Source of the DNA: a virus
Lineage: Duplodnaviria > Caudoviricetes
IMG/VR virus record: IMGVR_UViG_3300048598_000287
Coordinates: 128,001 to 192,000 of that record
Direction: 5' to 3' (one strand)
Length of the DNA: 64,000 nucleotides
In this document: positions 19,173 to 29,080 of the stretch, one piece after another
How the letters are laid out: every line of letters begins with the position of its first letter
How positions within the stretch are numbered: the first letter of the stretch is position 1
Notes under the pieces: generated by a model
What the model saw: only the letters and a program-made list of their open reading frames with translations
Told to the model about the DNA's origin: nothing
Database searches by the model: none
Translations under genes and position numbers: made by a program

Positions 19173-20609
19173 TCAGCTTCCGCGTAAAGGATAAAATATA
19201 TTGTCCCCTATGAACCGGATGAAATCGTGATTTGGACCAGGGGTTAACCATGTCTCAAATCCTATCTTGGCAGACACCGTAATAGGAATATGTGCGCCAA
19301 GCCTATTGACGAAAAGTTCCTTTGACGATGATATAGTTATATCGGATATTACCAACGGCTCAATGTCAAGTATGTTTCCTACGGTGAGTCGCACCGGTTG
19401 CGGAACCAGAGTAACATTATATCCAAAAAAATCCTGCGCAGCAAAAAAAGTATCAAGAAGATTCGATACCACATCCGACGTGGCGGTAATGACATTGTTC
19501 TTCTGATTATTAGAAAATTTACCGGTTTTTGCTTCCTCCTGATTCTGTGTAATCTTATTTGAAAGCGGAGTCAATACATCATTAGCCCATGATCCTAATG
19601 TTCCGGCAAGACTGCCAGCGATAGAACTAGTCATTCCGGCAGCGGTATCTACGGCAGAAATATCATTCCCGCTAAGCGCCGTATTTTTAAGCTGACCGAT
19701 GCTTTCCGCGCTTGCCTTAGCGGAATCCGACAAAGCGCCTAATTCAGTAGTCATATCTCCTAGAGAATCAAACGATTGCATGGCAGCGCTGCTCGTGGCT
19801 TTAGCTAATCGTTTTCCTAACGTAGAGCTTTTATCTCTATATAAATCACGGACATAACCTATCTGTAAAAGCCTGTGCAATGAAAGCCGGAACAAATCTT
19901 CCTGCTCAGGCAAATACCATTGTATGGTTATTGATCGTTTGAAATCAAACTTAGAGCCATTGAATCCCTTCATTGTAGAACTTCCTGTGCTTGACGAGTC
20001 AAGTCCATACAATGACATTATCCCGGCGCCTTCCGATCCATTAGCCGCATTTTTTGAAGATCCGGGTGATAATGCCGACCCTATCATTCCCATGCCGCTA
20101 TGAAGTTTTCCTATTAATCCGCTTTGCTGATTCTGTGTAAATGCATTTATGGCAGAAAGAGCCCCTCCTACCGCCGCTCCGCCAGTAAAGCCATTGGCAT
20201 TTCCGGTTGCGGCTTCTCCGATGTTTGCGCCAAGAGGCATCAGAACGGCAGGAGATCCAAGCGCATTAAACGCGGCGGTTATGTTCTGTTCAGCAGTCTG
20301 TTCAGACCATGCATTTGTCAACCCAATGGTTAAATTTGTCAAATCATCCGGAGACATTATTCCATAAAACGGTTTGAACGGTTCAGAATTAAGCTGTTCA
20401 GCTATTCTGTATTTAAGCGCATCAACCGTGCGATGGATGGCTCCTAGATATGCCTGCCGTGCATGAAAGCCAAGCGGTTCTATACGTATCACGTTCGGAT
20501 ACAATTCCGAGGTAGAATTATGTACCGGTTCATTAGCGTCAGCCTTATGCGACGCCCGTGGCATATACCGGTTGCTATCAGTAAATGTTGCATCATTATC
20601 ACTTATCAT
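19173..20609 (-). CDS. Baseplate/tail tube cap protein (gp48-like)
   Basis: FKRSITIQWYLP and PQPVRLTVG..VISDITI..IPITVSAKIGFE tube-fold motifs with long insertions. Confidence 0.45.
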   Translation of the reverse strand: MISDNDATFTDSNRYMPRASHKADANEPVHNSTSELYPNVIRIEPLGFHARQAYLGAIHRTVDALKYRIAEQLNSEPFKPFYGIMSPDDLTNLTIGLTNAWSEQTAEQNITAAFNALGSPAVLMPLGANIGEAATGNANGFTGGAAVGGALSAINAFTQNQQSGLIGKLHSGMGMIGSALSPGSSKNAANGSEGAGIMSLYGLDSSSTGSSTMKGFNGSKFDFKRSITIQWYLPEQEDLFRLSLHRLLQIGYVRDLYRDKSSTLGKRLAKATSSAAMQSFDSLGDMTTELGALSDSAKASAESIGQLKNTALSGNDISAVDTAAGMTSSIAGSLAGTLGSWANDVLTPLSNKITQNQEEAKTGKFSNNQKNNVITATSDVVSNLLDTFFAAQDFFGYNVTLVPQPVRLTVGNILDIEPLVISDITISSSKELFVNRLGAHIPITVSAKIGFETWLTPGPNHDFIRFIGDNIFYPLRGS

Positions 20610-22261
20610 TAGTTACCTCTGCGCGTCATATCAGTTACCGCATCAAGATACTGAGCATCATATGCACGCCGTTCATTGCTATTTACTAGATGATCGGTAA
20701 CAGATTTACCTATCGCATCAGCCAATGCTTTTATGTCCGAATCCGATAGAGATGATTGCTGAAACATCTGAACGGTACTGTAATCCATTGGCATTTCCCT
20801 TTCCATATCTTCCTTTATGGTTCTTTCCTTATCATCGGGAATTTCTACATTGGGTTCTGGTTCATATAATCCATCCATGGTGGTATCAACATTAGTGCTG
20901 TCCGGCTCATTGTCGCCAATTATTTGCTCTTTAGAAGATGTATCTGGCATATTTGTGTCATAGTCTGATTTTTCTTGGAAATTCTGTATGCCGGGTCTAA
21001 TCTCTTCATCGACTTCATTATCGTCAATGATTGACGGAGGATTTACCTTATCCATGGCAATGTCATGATCCATATCCATCAAATCAGCCATATTGATAGC
21101 AGAATCGTTTTCTGTGGAATATGTTTCATCTGAGTTTACCGGAGACTCTTCTGAAACATCCTTAGGCTCATCAGTAAGGCTAGGTTCAATCTTATCAGCC
21201 TGTGCAGGAGAATTATCATCTTTAGGAAAGCCATCAGTCATTGCATCGGTCAATGCGGCTATTGAATCCTTTGATATATCTATCGGAGATGGAATGATAT
21301 CAGAAGGGTTATTCTCTTCTGTAGCCTCTTCTTCTTCAGTGGCAAACCCTTCCTGCACATCCGAATCAAGCGCAGAAGATAATCCATAAATAGAGTCGGA
21401 TACATTTTTTAGAGAATCTGTTATAGCATCATATTTTTTAGTGTAATCTATCGTTCTAGGAACAGCATATTCATTGTGTTCCTGCTCTGCCATAGGTTCC
21501 TTGTCATCGGATGTTTCATCGGGAATTTCCTTATCTGTGACAGGCTGGCCTATATTCTGCTCCGATATCTGAACCGGCACTGCGGAAGGAAGTTTCTCCA
21601 GGATTCCATTCTGCTTATCTATGGAAGTTATCATTCCATTCATTAGTGAAGAAAGTTTACCTAATTCATCATTCTGTTCGTATTCGTCATCGGAATGTTC
21701 GGGAAGATTCACATTTACTTTTACATCAGGAGGATTGATTAATTCACTTTTTTGATTAATTTCTTCCTGCATGTCATCATCAGGGGATTCATCATCTTCG
21801 GGAAGCGATTTTTCTATATCCTGCTCAGGAATAGTCAAATCCTTTATAGAGGATAAAAGTTCATTCTGCGTTTCTGATATATCTTTAAGAGTGATCCCTA
21901 TTTCTTCCCTGGATTCCGAATCATTGCCATTGTTCGCATCTGCCGCTGAATTTGACTCGTGTGATTTATTTTCATCGTCTTTATTGTTCTTGTATAAAGA
22001 ATATATACTATTCATGGAAGAATTAAGCTCGCTGTCATCCAGAGCACCGCCGAATCCGTCTATTATTCTATTTGCCAGCTCTTCATTTCCAGACTGTGAT
22101 TTTTCAAGATAATCATTAAGCGTATAGGAAGATTGCTCAGCAAAATCCTTCTTTTCAGTATTTACCTTTTCAGAAAATGCCGCAGCTAATTTATCGGCGA
22201 TAGTGACTATGTCATTGTCGCCGATGGTAGCAGGTGCTTTTGTCGTATTTGCTTCAGCCAT
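20609..22261 (-). CDS. Highly acidic low-complexity late protein
   Basis: 550 aa, D/E-rich; own late promoter at 22285-22293; heads the baseplate operon. Confidence 0.65.
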   Translation of the reverse strand: MAEANTTKAPATIGDNDIVTIADKLAAAFSEKVNTEKKDFAEQSSYTLNDYLEKSQSGNEELANRIIDGFGGALDDSELNSSMNSIYSLYKNNKDDENKSHESNSAADANNGNDSESREEIGITLKDISETQNELLSSIKDLTIPEQDIEKSLPEDDESPDDDMQEEINQKSELINPPDVKVNVNLPEHSDDEYEQNDELGKLSSLMNGMITSIDKQNGILEKLPSAVPVQISEQNIGQPVTDKEIPDETSDDKEPMAEQEHNEYAVPRTIDYTKKYDAITDSLKNVSDSIYGLSSALDSDVQEGFATEEEEATEENNPSDIIPSPIDISKDSIAALTDAMTDGFPKDDNSPAQADKIEPSLTDEPKDVSEESPVNSDETYSTENDSAINMADLMDMDHDIAMDKVNPPSIIDDNEVDEEIRPGIQNFQEKSDYDTNMPDTSSKEQIIGDNEPDSTNVDTTMDGLYEPEPNVEIPDDKERTIKEDMEREMPMDYSTVQMFQQSSLSDSDIKALADAIGKSVTDHLVNSNERRAYDAQYLDAVTDMTRRGN

Positions 22262-22284
22262 ATTCCGCCGGTAAATTCATTAAC

Positions 22285-22293
22285 TAGTTTATA
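22285..22293 (-). promoter_or_regulatory. Putative late promoter TATAAACTA
   Basis: Motif about 24 nt upstream of ATG 22261. Confidence 0.7.
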
Positions 22294-22368
22294 ATGCCGG
22301 CAAGATTTAATGTCGATATCATGAATGGAAATAGTTCGCCATATTTGAGCCGCTTTTCTCAACCCTGT

Positions 22369-22525
22369 GTGAACCACTCCTGTCATAAATGGCAGGAGCT
22401 TCTTTTCGCTTCAATGGTGTCTACGTGCTGGTTTCATTTCTGAAGCCATCTAGAGGCAGTTACCTCGGCAGAGGACCGTTCAGGTCGCTCAGCTTTAGAT
22501 TAACGTGGAATGCCGTTCCACAACT
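22369..22525 (-). ncRNA. Candidate omegaRNA/reRNA-like scaffold
   Basis: Right-end 150 nt with several stems, ..CCATTGAAGCGAAAAGAAGCTCC.. and an upstream TATATT motif; structure not computed. Confidence 0.4.
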
Positions 22526-22621
22526 TTGATAGTTTTCAGCATCAATGATAATATATATTTTTCTATGGTGGAATTCTTCTCTCCATACTAACGCCCAGGC
22601 ATTTTCTTCCGCGAATCTTAT
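22369..22621 (-). mobile_element. Non-autonomous IS200/IS605-like element (253 bp, no tnpA/tnpB)
   Basis: Begins after TTTAT with ATAAGATTCGCGGAAGAAA..GAATTCCAC and ends GAAGCTCCTGCCATTTATGACAGGAGTGGTTCAC (hairpin plus TTCAC); homologous to 42444-42544. Confidence 0.7.
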
Positions 22622-22629
22622 ATAAACTA
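22621..22629 (+). promoter_or_regulatory. Putative late promoter TATAAACTA
   Basis: Upstream of ATG 22667; overlaps the element junction. Confidence 0.7.
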
Positions 22630-22666
22630 TTTTATATAATAATATGATTATCAGGCATATGACCGT

Positions 22667-24382
22667 ATGGCAAAGTGCATAACTGACGTAATATCTCCTA
22701 GGCAAGGCAATTCATCGACTGATGGTGATGACGCCATTCTTAGCAGCTTCACGGAAGCTGTTAACAAGGCAGCTAATTCAGTATATGATGCATCGTCTAA
22801 ACTGGAAGCCACGAATTGCACAAAGATAGTGTTTGACTGGTGCAAGGACACTATGGGAATAAACGCGTATACGGCAGTGGATGCGCTATCTAAAATGAAG
22901 TTCGGCATAAAACAATTCAATTCATATAATTATCCGGTAAATCTTAGCAAAATAAAGCTTTCCGATAATTTTTGCCAAATGCTAAGCACATGGATAGCAT
23001 GGATACAAGAATCAATCGATATATCGACCAAGGCTGCATTTGCCCTTTTCATTAAAATAGATGCTGCTCGAATGAGATTAGAAACCGCGACGCTTAATTT
23101 TAATACCGCCATATTAAAATGCCTGTCTGATATACTTTCTGATCTTAAAATATCCGCCGGCATAGGAGTTGATGTAGGCGTATCAGCGTCTCTTTCGTTT
23201 GACTGGGATGAACTATATCTGATAATGGTTGATTGTCCATGCTTTTGCAGAGCTATATCCTGTGTGACAGGATGCAACACGGATTCTTCCGGAAACGACA
23301 CTTCACGGGATCCTGATTATGTCATATCATGTCTTAAAAGCAAATTTTCAATAGGAACAGAACTAAACCTTGGAATAGGGCTTACCGGATCAATGAATGA
23401 TCTCCTGTTTGATTTTCTGTATAAGCTGTATATGGCAATCCAGACCGCCATAGAGATGACATTTGAACTCCTCATGCAGCCATTGCGGGCATTAATAAAG
23501 GCATTCGCCGATCTTCTTACACAGAAGTTTGACGTATCGCTATTCATAAAGACGCTCGGGAACTTTGAATGCTTCTTTAACTACAGCCTGGAATATAAGC
23601 ATAATAAAGAATTTTACGGAATGTCAATAATAGACATGATAAATACATTCAAGGGATGGACACAATGCTTCAATCATCTATGCCCGTCGCTTGCAAAGGA
23701 TGTGGAAGCTAAGTTAAAGGACATCAATGAAAGTCTTCGACTTAATGATTCTTTTTGGACAGGGGCGCTTGAAGCGGATCTGTATAGTATATGCATTGCC
23801 ACTAAACTTGGGTACGCCAGCTTTTCCAGTTATGAGATGAGGGAAATATACAGGGACAATCCAAAATCTAAGTTTGATTCCTTGCTATCTGAGCTAAAAG
23901 CTACAGGAATAAAGAACCTATGCACAGAATACAAAAGAAAAAATGCATATAAAAGGGTATCTCAAAGAAGTGCCACGGAAGATGCAATTTTATTTCGCAC
24001 TGCACCGGATAGAGAAAATGAAGTTAACGTAGGAGAAATTCCAATTTCTTCCAGCGAAGAAAAAAAATGCGTCACGATGGCGAAGAACCTCATCGATAAG
24101 ACCGTAAGCCCGTATTTCACAGAAAAATTTTATCAGCTTCTCCGGCTTCTTTCTGATTATGCAATGGATTCTGATACTGTAAATGATCTTACAAAAATAT
24201 TGGATAACAGCAGCAAAAAGACATATCCTGCAGGATTCAGTAAAAAATTCACCCCGTTCCCAGGAAACATAACGGGTAGAGAAGAACTTTCCGTATATCC
24301 GGATGACACCGAAGTGTCATATGAATTAACTGATGACTATGATGCCGCAGAAATAGAGGAGATCCTCGGCGCATATGCGTAG
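22667..24382 (+). CDS. Cys-rich helical late protein of unknown function
   Basis: 571-aa ORF behind a late promoter, co-oriented with gp4. Confidence 0.7.
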   Translation: MAKCITDVISPRQGNSSTDGDDAILSSFTEAVNKAANSVYDASSKLEATNCTKIVFDWCKDTMGINAYTAVDALSKMKFGIKQFNSYNYPVNLSKIKLSDNFCQMLSTWIAWIQESIDISTKAAFALFIKIDAARMRLETATLNFNTAILKCLSDILSDLKISAGIGVDVGVSASLSFDWDELYLIMVDCPCFCRAISCVTGCNTDSSGNDTSRDPDYVISCLKSKFSIGTELNLGIGLTGSMNDLLFDFLYKLYMAIQTAIEMTFELLMQPLRALIKAFADLLTQKFDVSLFIKTLGNFECFFNYSLEYKHNKEFYGMSIIDMINTFKGWTQCFNHLCPSLAKDVEAKLKDINESLRLNDSFWTGALEADLYSICIATKLGYASFSSYEMREIYRDNPKSKFDSLLSELKATGIKNLCTEYKRKNAYKRVSQRSATEDAILFRTAPDRENEVNVGEIPISSSEEKKCVTMAKNLIDKTVSPYFTEKFYQLLRLLSDYAMDSDTVNDLTKILDNSSKKTYPAGFSKKFTPFPGNITGREELSVYPDDTEVSYELTDDYDAAEIEEILGAYA

Positions 24383-24391
24383 GATTAAATT

Positions 24392-24898
24392 ATGCTATAT
24401 GGAATGAATACAAAACATAGCAAATATTGCCTTCTGAATCCAGAAAAATATATGGAAAACCTTCCCGCTCCCGTATGTAAGTCTTCATGGGAAGAACGTG
24501 TATTTGAGGCAATGGATGGAAATGCATTCATTACAAAATGGGGATATGAACCGTTTGACATATATTATATGTCACCTAAATATCAAAAAATGAGCATATA
24601 TAAGCCAGACATATATTGCGAGTGCAAATCTCAAGAATCAGATAAACCAGCGCGATGGCTCATCGAGATAAAGCCTCATAAATTTTCGGTAATGCCCGAA
24701 TCCCCTCCGACCATAGTTGAATCGGCAACACCGGCTCAAGTAAAAAGGCATAACAAAAAAATGGCAAGATACTATGCCCAATGTGAAGAAGTTATGGTTA
24801 ATCAGGCTAAATGGTCGGCGGCCCGTAACTGGTGTTCAGACCGTGGCGTAAATTGGCTAGTGTTGACTGAAAAAAATGCTCCTGGCTCATTTATTTAA
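24392..24898 (+). CDS. gp4: Head completion nuclease (T4 gp4-like, TnsA-type fold)
   Basis: NPEKY, KSSWE, YKPD, LIEIKP, NQAKWSAA and VLTEK motifs. Confidence 0.9.
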   Translation: MLYGMNTKHSKYCLLNPEKYMENLPAPVCKSSWEERVFEAMDGNAFITKWGYEPFDIYYMSPKYQKMSIYKPDIYCECKSQESDKPARWLIEIKPHKFSVMPESPPTIVESATPAQVKRHNKKMARYYAQCEEVMVNQAKWSAARNWCSDRGVNWLVLTEKNAPGSFI

Positions 24899-25104
24899 AA
24901 CCGAGGAGGTTCACTTTTGTTTAGATATAGAAGGCATGCGATTACCAATAGTATTACGCTTATGCCAATAGGAATCCAAAACGGGGCGAGAATCCATAGC
25001 CAGCTCCATGCAATTATATTGCATATTTTAAAAATAATGAATGCTACGCCAAGAAGGGCGCATATTAAAACTAGCTGGCTACCTAAATTTAATTGTGTAT
25101 TCAT
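24895..25104 (-). CDS. Small two-TM membrane protein
   Basis: FIIFKICNIIAWSWLWILAPFWIP, a common phage membrane-protein pattern. Confidence 0.7.
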   Translation of the reverse strand: MNTQLNLGSQLVLICALLGVAFIIFKICNIIAWSWLWILAPFWIPIGISVILLVIACLLYLNKSEPPRF

Positions 25105-25163
25105 TTCAGTTCCTTGATGATAACTATCATTATTAAAATATATTTCACAAACTATAATGAATT

Positions 25164-25196
25164 AGAAAGGAGAATCCTAACCGGATTCTCCTTTCT
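25164..25196. terminator. Hairpin, probable intrinsic terminator
   Basis: AGAAAGGAGAATCC-TAACC-GGATTCTCCTTTCT, a perfect 14-bp stem just after the stop at 25212. Confidence 0.7.
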
Positions 25197-25211
25197 CCAT
25201 CACCAACAAGT

Positions 25212-25799
25212 TTAATTCTTACCTTCATTTTCATCAACTGTGACATCTTTAGTAAGATCCTCTCCAAGTATATCAGAAAACGAAATAGGAAACTGAATGA
25301 ACTGAGCAGTGGTCTTTTTCTTCTTTCTCGTCGGAAGGCCAAGCAGATGATCCGACTGAGCTTCGATTTCAATTTCTAACGGAGACTGTTCTTCAGGTTC
25401 ATCCTGATGTTCCTTTACCTTGAGATAGCTGCACCAGAATTTATTATCATCGGTATGCGGGGCCATTGAAAAAGTAAAGATATATTCTGCGCAGTCCCCG
25501 ATATCCTTATCTATCTTCTTTTTAACTGATACTGAAATAAGATCTGCCTTGAATTCAATCATGTCAAATGTCACGTTAAGTGCATATGGAGTGTCGAGCG
25601 TATATTTTGCCTGACCATATCCGGTTGAATTTACGAAGTTATATGCGCCGTCAAGCCCGGCATCCATTACTTGCATATCGTTAAGAATAGATTTTCCAGC
25701 CCCGCTTTCTTTAGCCGTTATGGAAAATTTGATAAACGGAACGCCATCCTTGATATCAGGACGGTATGATGTAAGATATCCATTAAATTTTTTTAGCAT
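25212..25799 (-). CDS. Hypothetical protein
   Basis: GGGGA SD and operon packing. Confidence 0.7.
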   Translation of the reverse strand: MLKKFNGYLTSYRPDIKDGVPFIKFSITAKESGAGKSILNDMQVMDAGLDGAYNFVNSTGYGQAKYTLDTPYALNVTFDMIEFKADLISVSVKKKIDKDIGDCAEYIFTFSMAPHTDDNKFWCSYLKVKEHQDEPEEQSPLEIEIEAQSDHLLGLPTRKKKKTTAQFIQFPISFSDILGEDLTKDVTVDENEGKN

Positions 25800-25813
25800 A
25801 TTATTCCCCAGTA

Positions 25814-26221
25814 TTAGTACACGGTTACGGAAATAACCGTATCCCCGGAATGGTTAGTAAGTTCATCAATGGTATTATTAAGAACATGTTCCGCAGAAAA
25901 CGATAGCAGTTTAGCATTGTTAGTCCAGAATTGCTCCAGAGATCTAGCAATAGCGATACGCCTTCCTTCCTTACGATTATTAGCATCGCCTGGACGCTGA
26001 TAGCTTCGCCCGACATATAGGATACTCTGCAATACCTTTTCAGATTTTTTATGAGAGATAAGTTCGGATACAGCTTCGCATCTTCGTTCAGTCCATTCTG
26101 TGTAAACATCCTTTCCATTCTTCTTACTATGGGTCTGATGATCCTTTTCGGAATAGTATGTCGTGAGCTTCAGCGTAGCAAACAATGAATTGTCATGTCC
26201 GTTAATGTATTTGATAATCAT
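25814..26221 (-). CDS. Hypothetical early protein
   Basis: AAGGA SD, sigma70 promoter upstream, GDANNRKEGRRIAIARS motif. Confidence 0.7.
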   Translation of the reverse strand: MIIKYINGHDNSLFATLKLTTYYSEKDHQTHSKKNGKDVYTEWTERRCEAVSELISHKKSEKVLQSILYVGRSYQRPGDANNRKEGRRIAIARSLEQFWTNNAKLLSFSAEHVLNNTIDELTNHSGDTVISVTVY

Positions 26222-26257
26222 GGTGATTCCTTTTATAATAGATGTTTGACATAGTTA

Positions 26258-26286
26258 AACATAGCATTTATTATTAAAATTGTCAA
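26258..26286 (-). promoter_or_regulatory. Sigma70-type early promoter
   Basis: TTGACA-N17-TATGTT with an extended TG. Confidence 0.75.
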
Positions 26287-26296
26287 TAGGGCATTA

Positions 26297-27412
26297 CTAT
26301 TTTTTTCTCTTTCCTTGAATTACAGTTTTCATACTTGACCAGACTGATTCGTTAGTATGCATGAGTTTTATTAGCCAATCAGGTTTGTCGGTTATCTTTA
26401 TGCATGGCTCTATGTAATCGACATACATCTTAGATGCCTGTTCGACGGGCATTCTGTCCATGAAATGGTATAGATTGCTTACTATATTTTTATTATATTC
26501 CGTCATATTTGGGTCAGACAGAAGCGATATGGCGGTCTGCATAATATTTCCGCACAATGCCGTCTGATATACGGTGAGCATCTTAGCTACTCTAGCTGCT
26601 GAGGCGGTGACCTTTGCCTGATTATTTTCAAGCAGAAAGTTTTGCGGATTAAACAGCCGTTTAGTGCACAGCCATGAGTAAAACGAATTCGCCTCTTCTG
26701 ATCCAAGCCATATTTCAGCATCTTTCTTTATTACTATAGGGTCATCCTTATAGCTGCCCATGTTAACGCCATTTATGTACATCTTGGAAAACGCTTCCCA
26801 AGACCGTGGATTTACCGTGTGGTCATCTTCATATGATTCTACATCCGTCATATCAAACAAATGACTATCATCAGCTTGATCTATGTAGCTAATTATATCT
26901 GGATGTATCCGATGAGTTGCAGCCCACGATAGCCATCCTGATTTATCCACATCAACGTAGAATCTGGCCAGTCTGCTGAAAAACGCCCTGTTGAGTTCAT
27001 CGACATCATTGCTAGCATATGCAGCAGAATTCATTGTGCATATCACCCTGGATCCTGCAGGAAGTTTTTTGCCAAGGAATTCCTGCTCTTCGGTGCATAG
27101 TTGCATGATTGCATTAATTATTTCTTTTTTAGGACGGTTTATCTCATCAAGAAGAAGTAACATTGGCGCTGTTCCAGAAAGCCAGTCAGGAATGGTATGA
27201 GAATGTACACCATTAACATCCCGAAGAAGTCCGGTTAGATCGCCGGTCTCTCCGTCTTCAGCACAGCGAAGCTTTACCAGTTTAAGACAAAGTTCCTTAG
27301 CAAGAGATATTGCAAATTGGGTCTTTCCTATTCCTGGCTGACCTATAAGAACACATGCGGTCTCAGGGGCCATCCGTTTTATCTGAGATTTAATGAATGA
27401 AAAACTAGACAT
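26297..27412 (-). CDS. MoxR-type AAA+ ATPase
   Basis: GQPGIGKT, LLLLDEINR, CTMN, AFFSRL and NPRSW motifs. Confidence 0.85.
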   Translation of the reverse strand: MSSFSFIKSQIKRMAPETACVLIGQPGIGKTQFAISLAKELCLKLVKLRCAEDGETGDLTGLLRDVNGVHSHTIPDWLSGTAPMLLLLDEINRPKKEIINAIMQLCTEEQEFLGKKLPAGSRVICTMNSAAYASNDVDELNRAFFSRLARFYVDVDKSGWLSWAATHRIHPDIISYIDQADDSHLFDMTDVESYEDDHTVNPRSWEAFSKMYINGVNMGSYKDDPIVIKKDAEIWLGSEEANSFYSWLCTKRLFNPQNFLLENNQAKVTASAARVAKMLTVYQTALCGNIMQTAISLLSDPNMTEYNKNIVSNLYHFMDRMPVEQASKMYVDYIEPCIKITDKPDWLIKLMHTNESVWSSMKTVIQGKRKK

Positions 27413-27421
27413 ATTTGTCCA

Positions 27422-28705
27422 TTAAAGCTTGAACAGGGTCTGATTTGTTATCTGCTTACCATCTGTAACGAATAGATAGCTTGCCGCCGGATATGCGCTA
27501 TGAAGCGTAGCCATGCTATATTCACCCGGCCCAACTATGGATGGCTGGAATATGATCGGGATGTTCTTTCCGGCAAGGAACCATTCACCTCCGATATGCC
27601 AATGACCCATTATGCAGACGTCCGCCACCTTTCCAGTAGCAGAATATATCATAAAATCTTTGAAATTATCGCGGGATACTGTTCCAAGCGGAGAGCAGAA
27701 TGCAGCTCCGCCCTTGTAAGCATCGCCATGCTCTATTTTCCATGTCTGCTCACCTATGTTGGCGAAAAGAACAGGAGAATCAGAAACGGTAACACTGACA
27801 TTTTCGCTGGCGTCAAAGGCCTCTTTTATGAAACAATAAAGAATGTATTCATAATTATTATACCCTTTATTTTTAGACTGCCATTTCTTTGTAGTCCGGG
27901 AATGATTTCCGACTACGCAATACAAATTCACCTGCTTGAAGTTCTTTGAAATGGATTTAATCGCGCCGACGAAAAATTTGAAATAATCTATCATCATTCG
28001 TGTGATCGGTCCGGCATTAGTTTCTACAAGTTCATCATGAATGTTTCCAGAGAAAATATCACCTAAAACGGGTATGTCGAGGATTCCACAGTCATGCTCT
28101 TTAGCCATCTCCAATGCCTTGGTAAATAGCTTTACGTGACGTTCCTTGGAAATTTCAGGATTGTATGCGTTTATGTTATTAATGGCCAGAGGATCTATCA
28201 CTTCTCCATAGTGAACGTCGGCGATCGGCATGACAAGATGATGATCACCGGTATTCATTTTCGTTATATTTATTGAAAATGTGTCAAAGGATACCTTATG
28301 TATCTCGTCTTTAAGCTCGCTCGCTATTTCGGCAGCCACATAGGAATTTACCCGAAGCCTATCATTTTCAGCTCTAAGTCCGGAAACTTGTTTGCGCAAA
28401 TAGCGATTTTCATTTTCAGTGACGTCATTAACAATTTCATGGTCATATTCGGAAATAGACGCCTTACTGGTATTTTCGCCGGCATGTTGTTTTGAAATAT
28501 ATCCATTATACCGTACAAGCATCCTGGAAATTCGCTTATTAAACGCGCCTCTAGTCAATGAGAATCCGGAAGATTTAATTTCACCGGCATAATTGTCCAT
28601 GATTTTCTGTTTATTACATCCATATTTTTTGCATATTTCCAAGATGCATATCTGATCTTGAGTAAGGGATTTAATAAATCCGCTATCTGAAATTGATTGC
28701 GTCAT
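27422..28705 (-). CDS. Calcineurin-like metallophosphoesterase with an N-terminal helical region
   Basis: ADVHYGE, LGDIFSG, GNHSR, HGD and GHWH motifs. Confidence 0.8.
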   Translation of the reverse strand: MTQSISDSGFIKSLTQDQICILEICKKYGCNKQKIMDNYAGEIKSSGFSLTRGAFNKRISRMLVRYNGYISKQHAGENTSKASISEYDHEIVNDVTENENRYLRKQVSGLRAENDRLRVNSYVAAEIASELKDEIHKVSFDTFSINITKMNTGDHHLVMPIADVHYGEVIDPLAINNINAYNPEISKERHVKLFTKALEMAKEHDCGILDIPVLGDIFSGNIHDELVETNAGPITRMMIDYFKFFVGAIKSISKNFKQVNLYCVVGNHSRTTKKWQSKNKGYNNYEYILYCFIKEAFDASENVSVTVSDSPVLFANIGEQTWKIEHGDAYKGGAAFCSPLGTVSRDNFKDFMIYSATGKVADVCIMGHWHIGGEWFLAGKNIPIIFQPSIVGPGEYSMATLHSAYPAASYLFVTDGKQITNQTLFKL

Positions 28706-28792
28706 AAATATAGGAATCCATGTAAATTTGGTATCTACTTTTAAATATATATTTTTTCTAGCCCATTATGATAACAGGGTGCGCTTATTTAT

Positions 28793-28838
28793 ATAATGCC
28801 CGGCAACGATTTCACCATTTATGGAGGAATTAGTTCAC
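28793..28838 (+). mobile_element. Minimal IS605-like remnant (right-end hairpin)
   Basis: TTTAT then ATAA..CCATTTATGGAGGAATTAGTTCAC, similar to the right ends at 22369 and 42544. Confidence 0.45.
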
Positions 28839-28840
28839 CG

Positions 28841-29071
28841 TCATATGCAAAATACCATACATGATACATTACATGTACTGCCACTTTTGGCAGCTTCAAT
28901 CTGGCTCTGCTGCTCGCCGATGCGGGTTTCAAGGGTGGCCACCCGCGAGTCGTCCGAGGAAATCCCGGTCTTCGCGGCTGCCAGCCCTCCTCCGGCTGCG
29001 GTTAAAAATGCGGTGAAAATCGCTATCGCGATCTTATAAGGCATGCGGATTTCAAGACTTTTACAATTCAT
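28841..29071 (-). CDS. Small TM/coiled-coil protein, possibly a chimeric fragment
   Basis: AAGGAG SD; hydrophobic N-terminus and an abrupt C-terminal change of character. Confidence 0.5.
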   Translation of the reverse strand: MNCKSLEIRMPYKIAIAIFTAFLTAAGGGLAAAKTGISSDDSRVATLETRIGEQQSQIEAAKSGSTCNVSCMVFCI

Positions 29072-29080
29072 AATGACTCC

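Noticed and set aside
22460-22705. 81-aa ORF as a TnpB fragment or gene
   Set aside because: It crosses the promoter and element boundary and has no RuvC or zinc-finger motif; likely spurious.
24903-24914. GGAGGTTCAC as another element right end
   Set aside because: No preceding hairpin, and it lies within a coding 3' end.
28786-28793. Canonical T4 TATAAATA late promoter
   Set aside because: The only intergenic instance I noticed, about 80 nt from a non-structural gene that has its own TATATTT motif; better explained as the TTTAT junction of the mini element.
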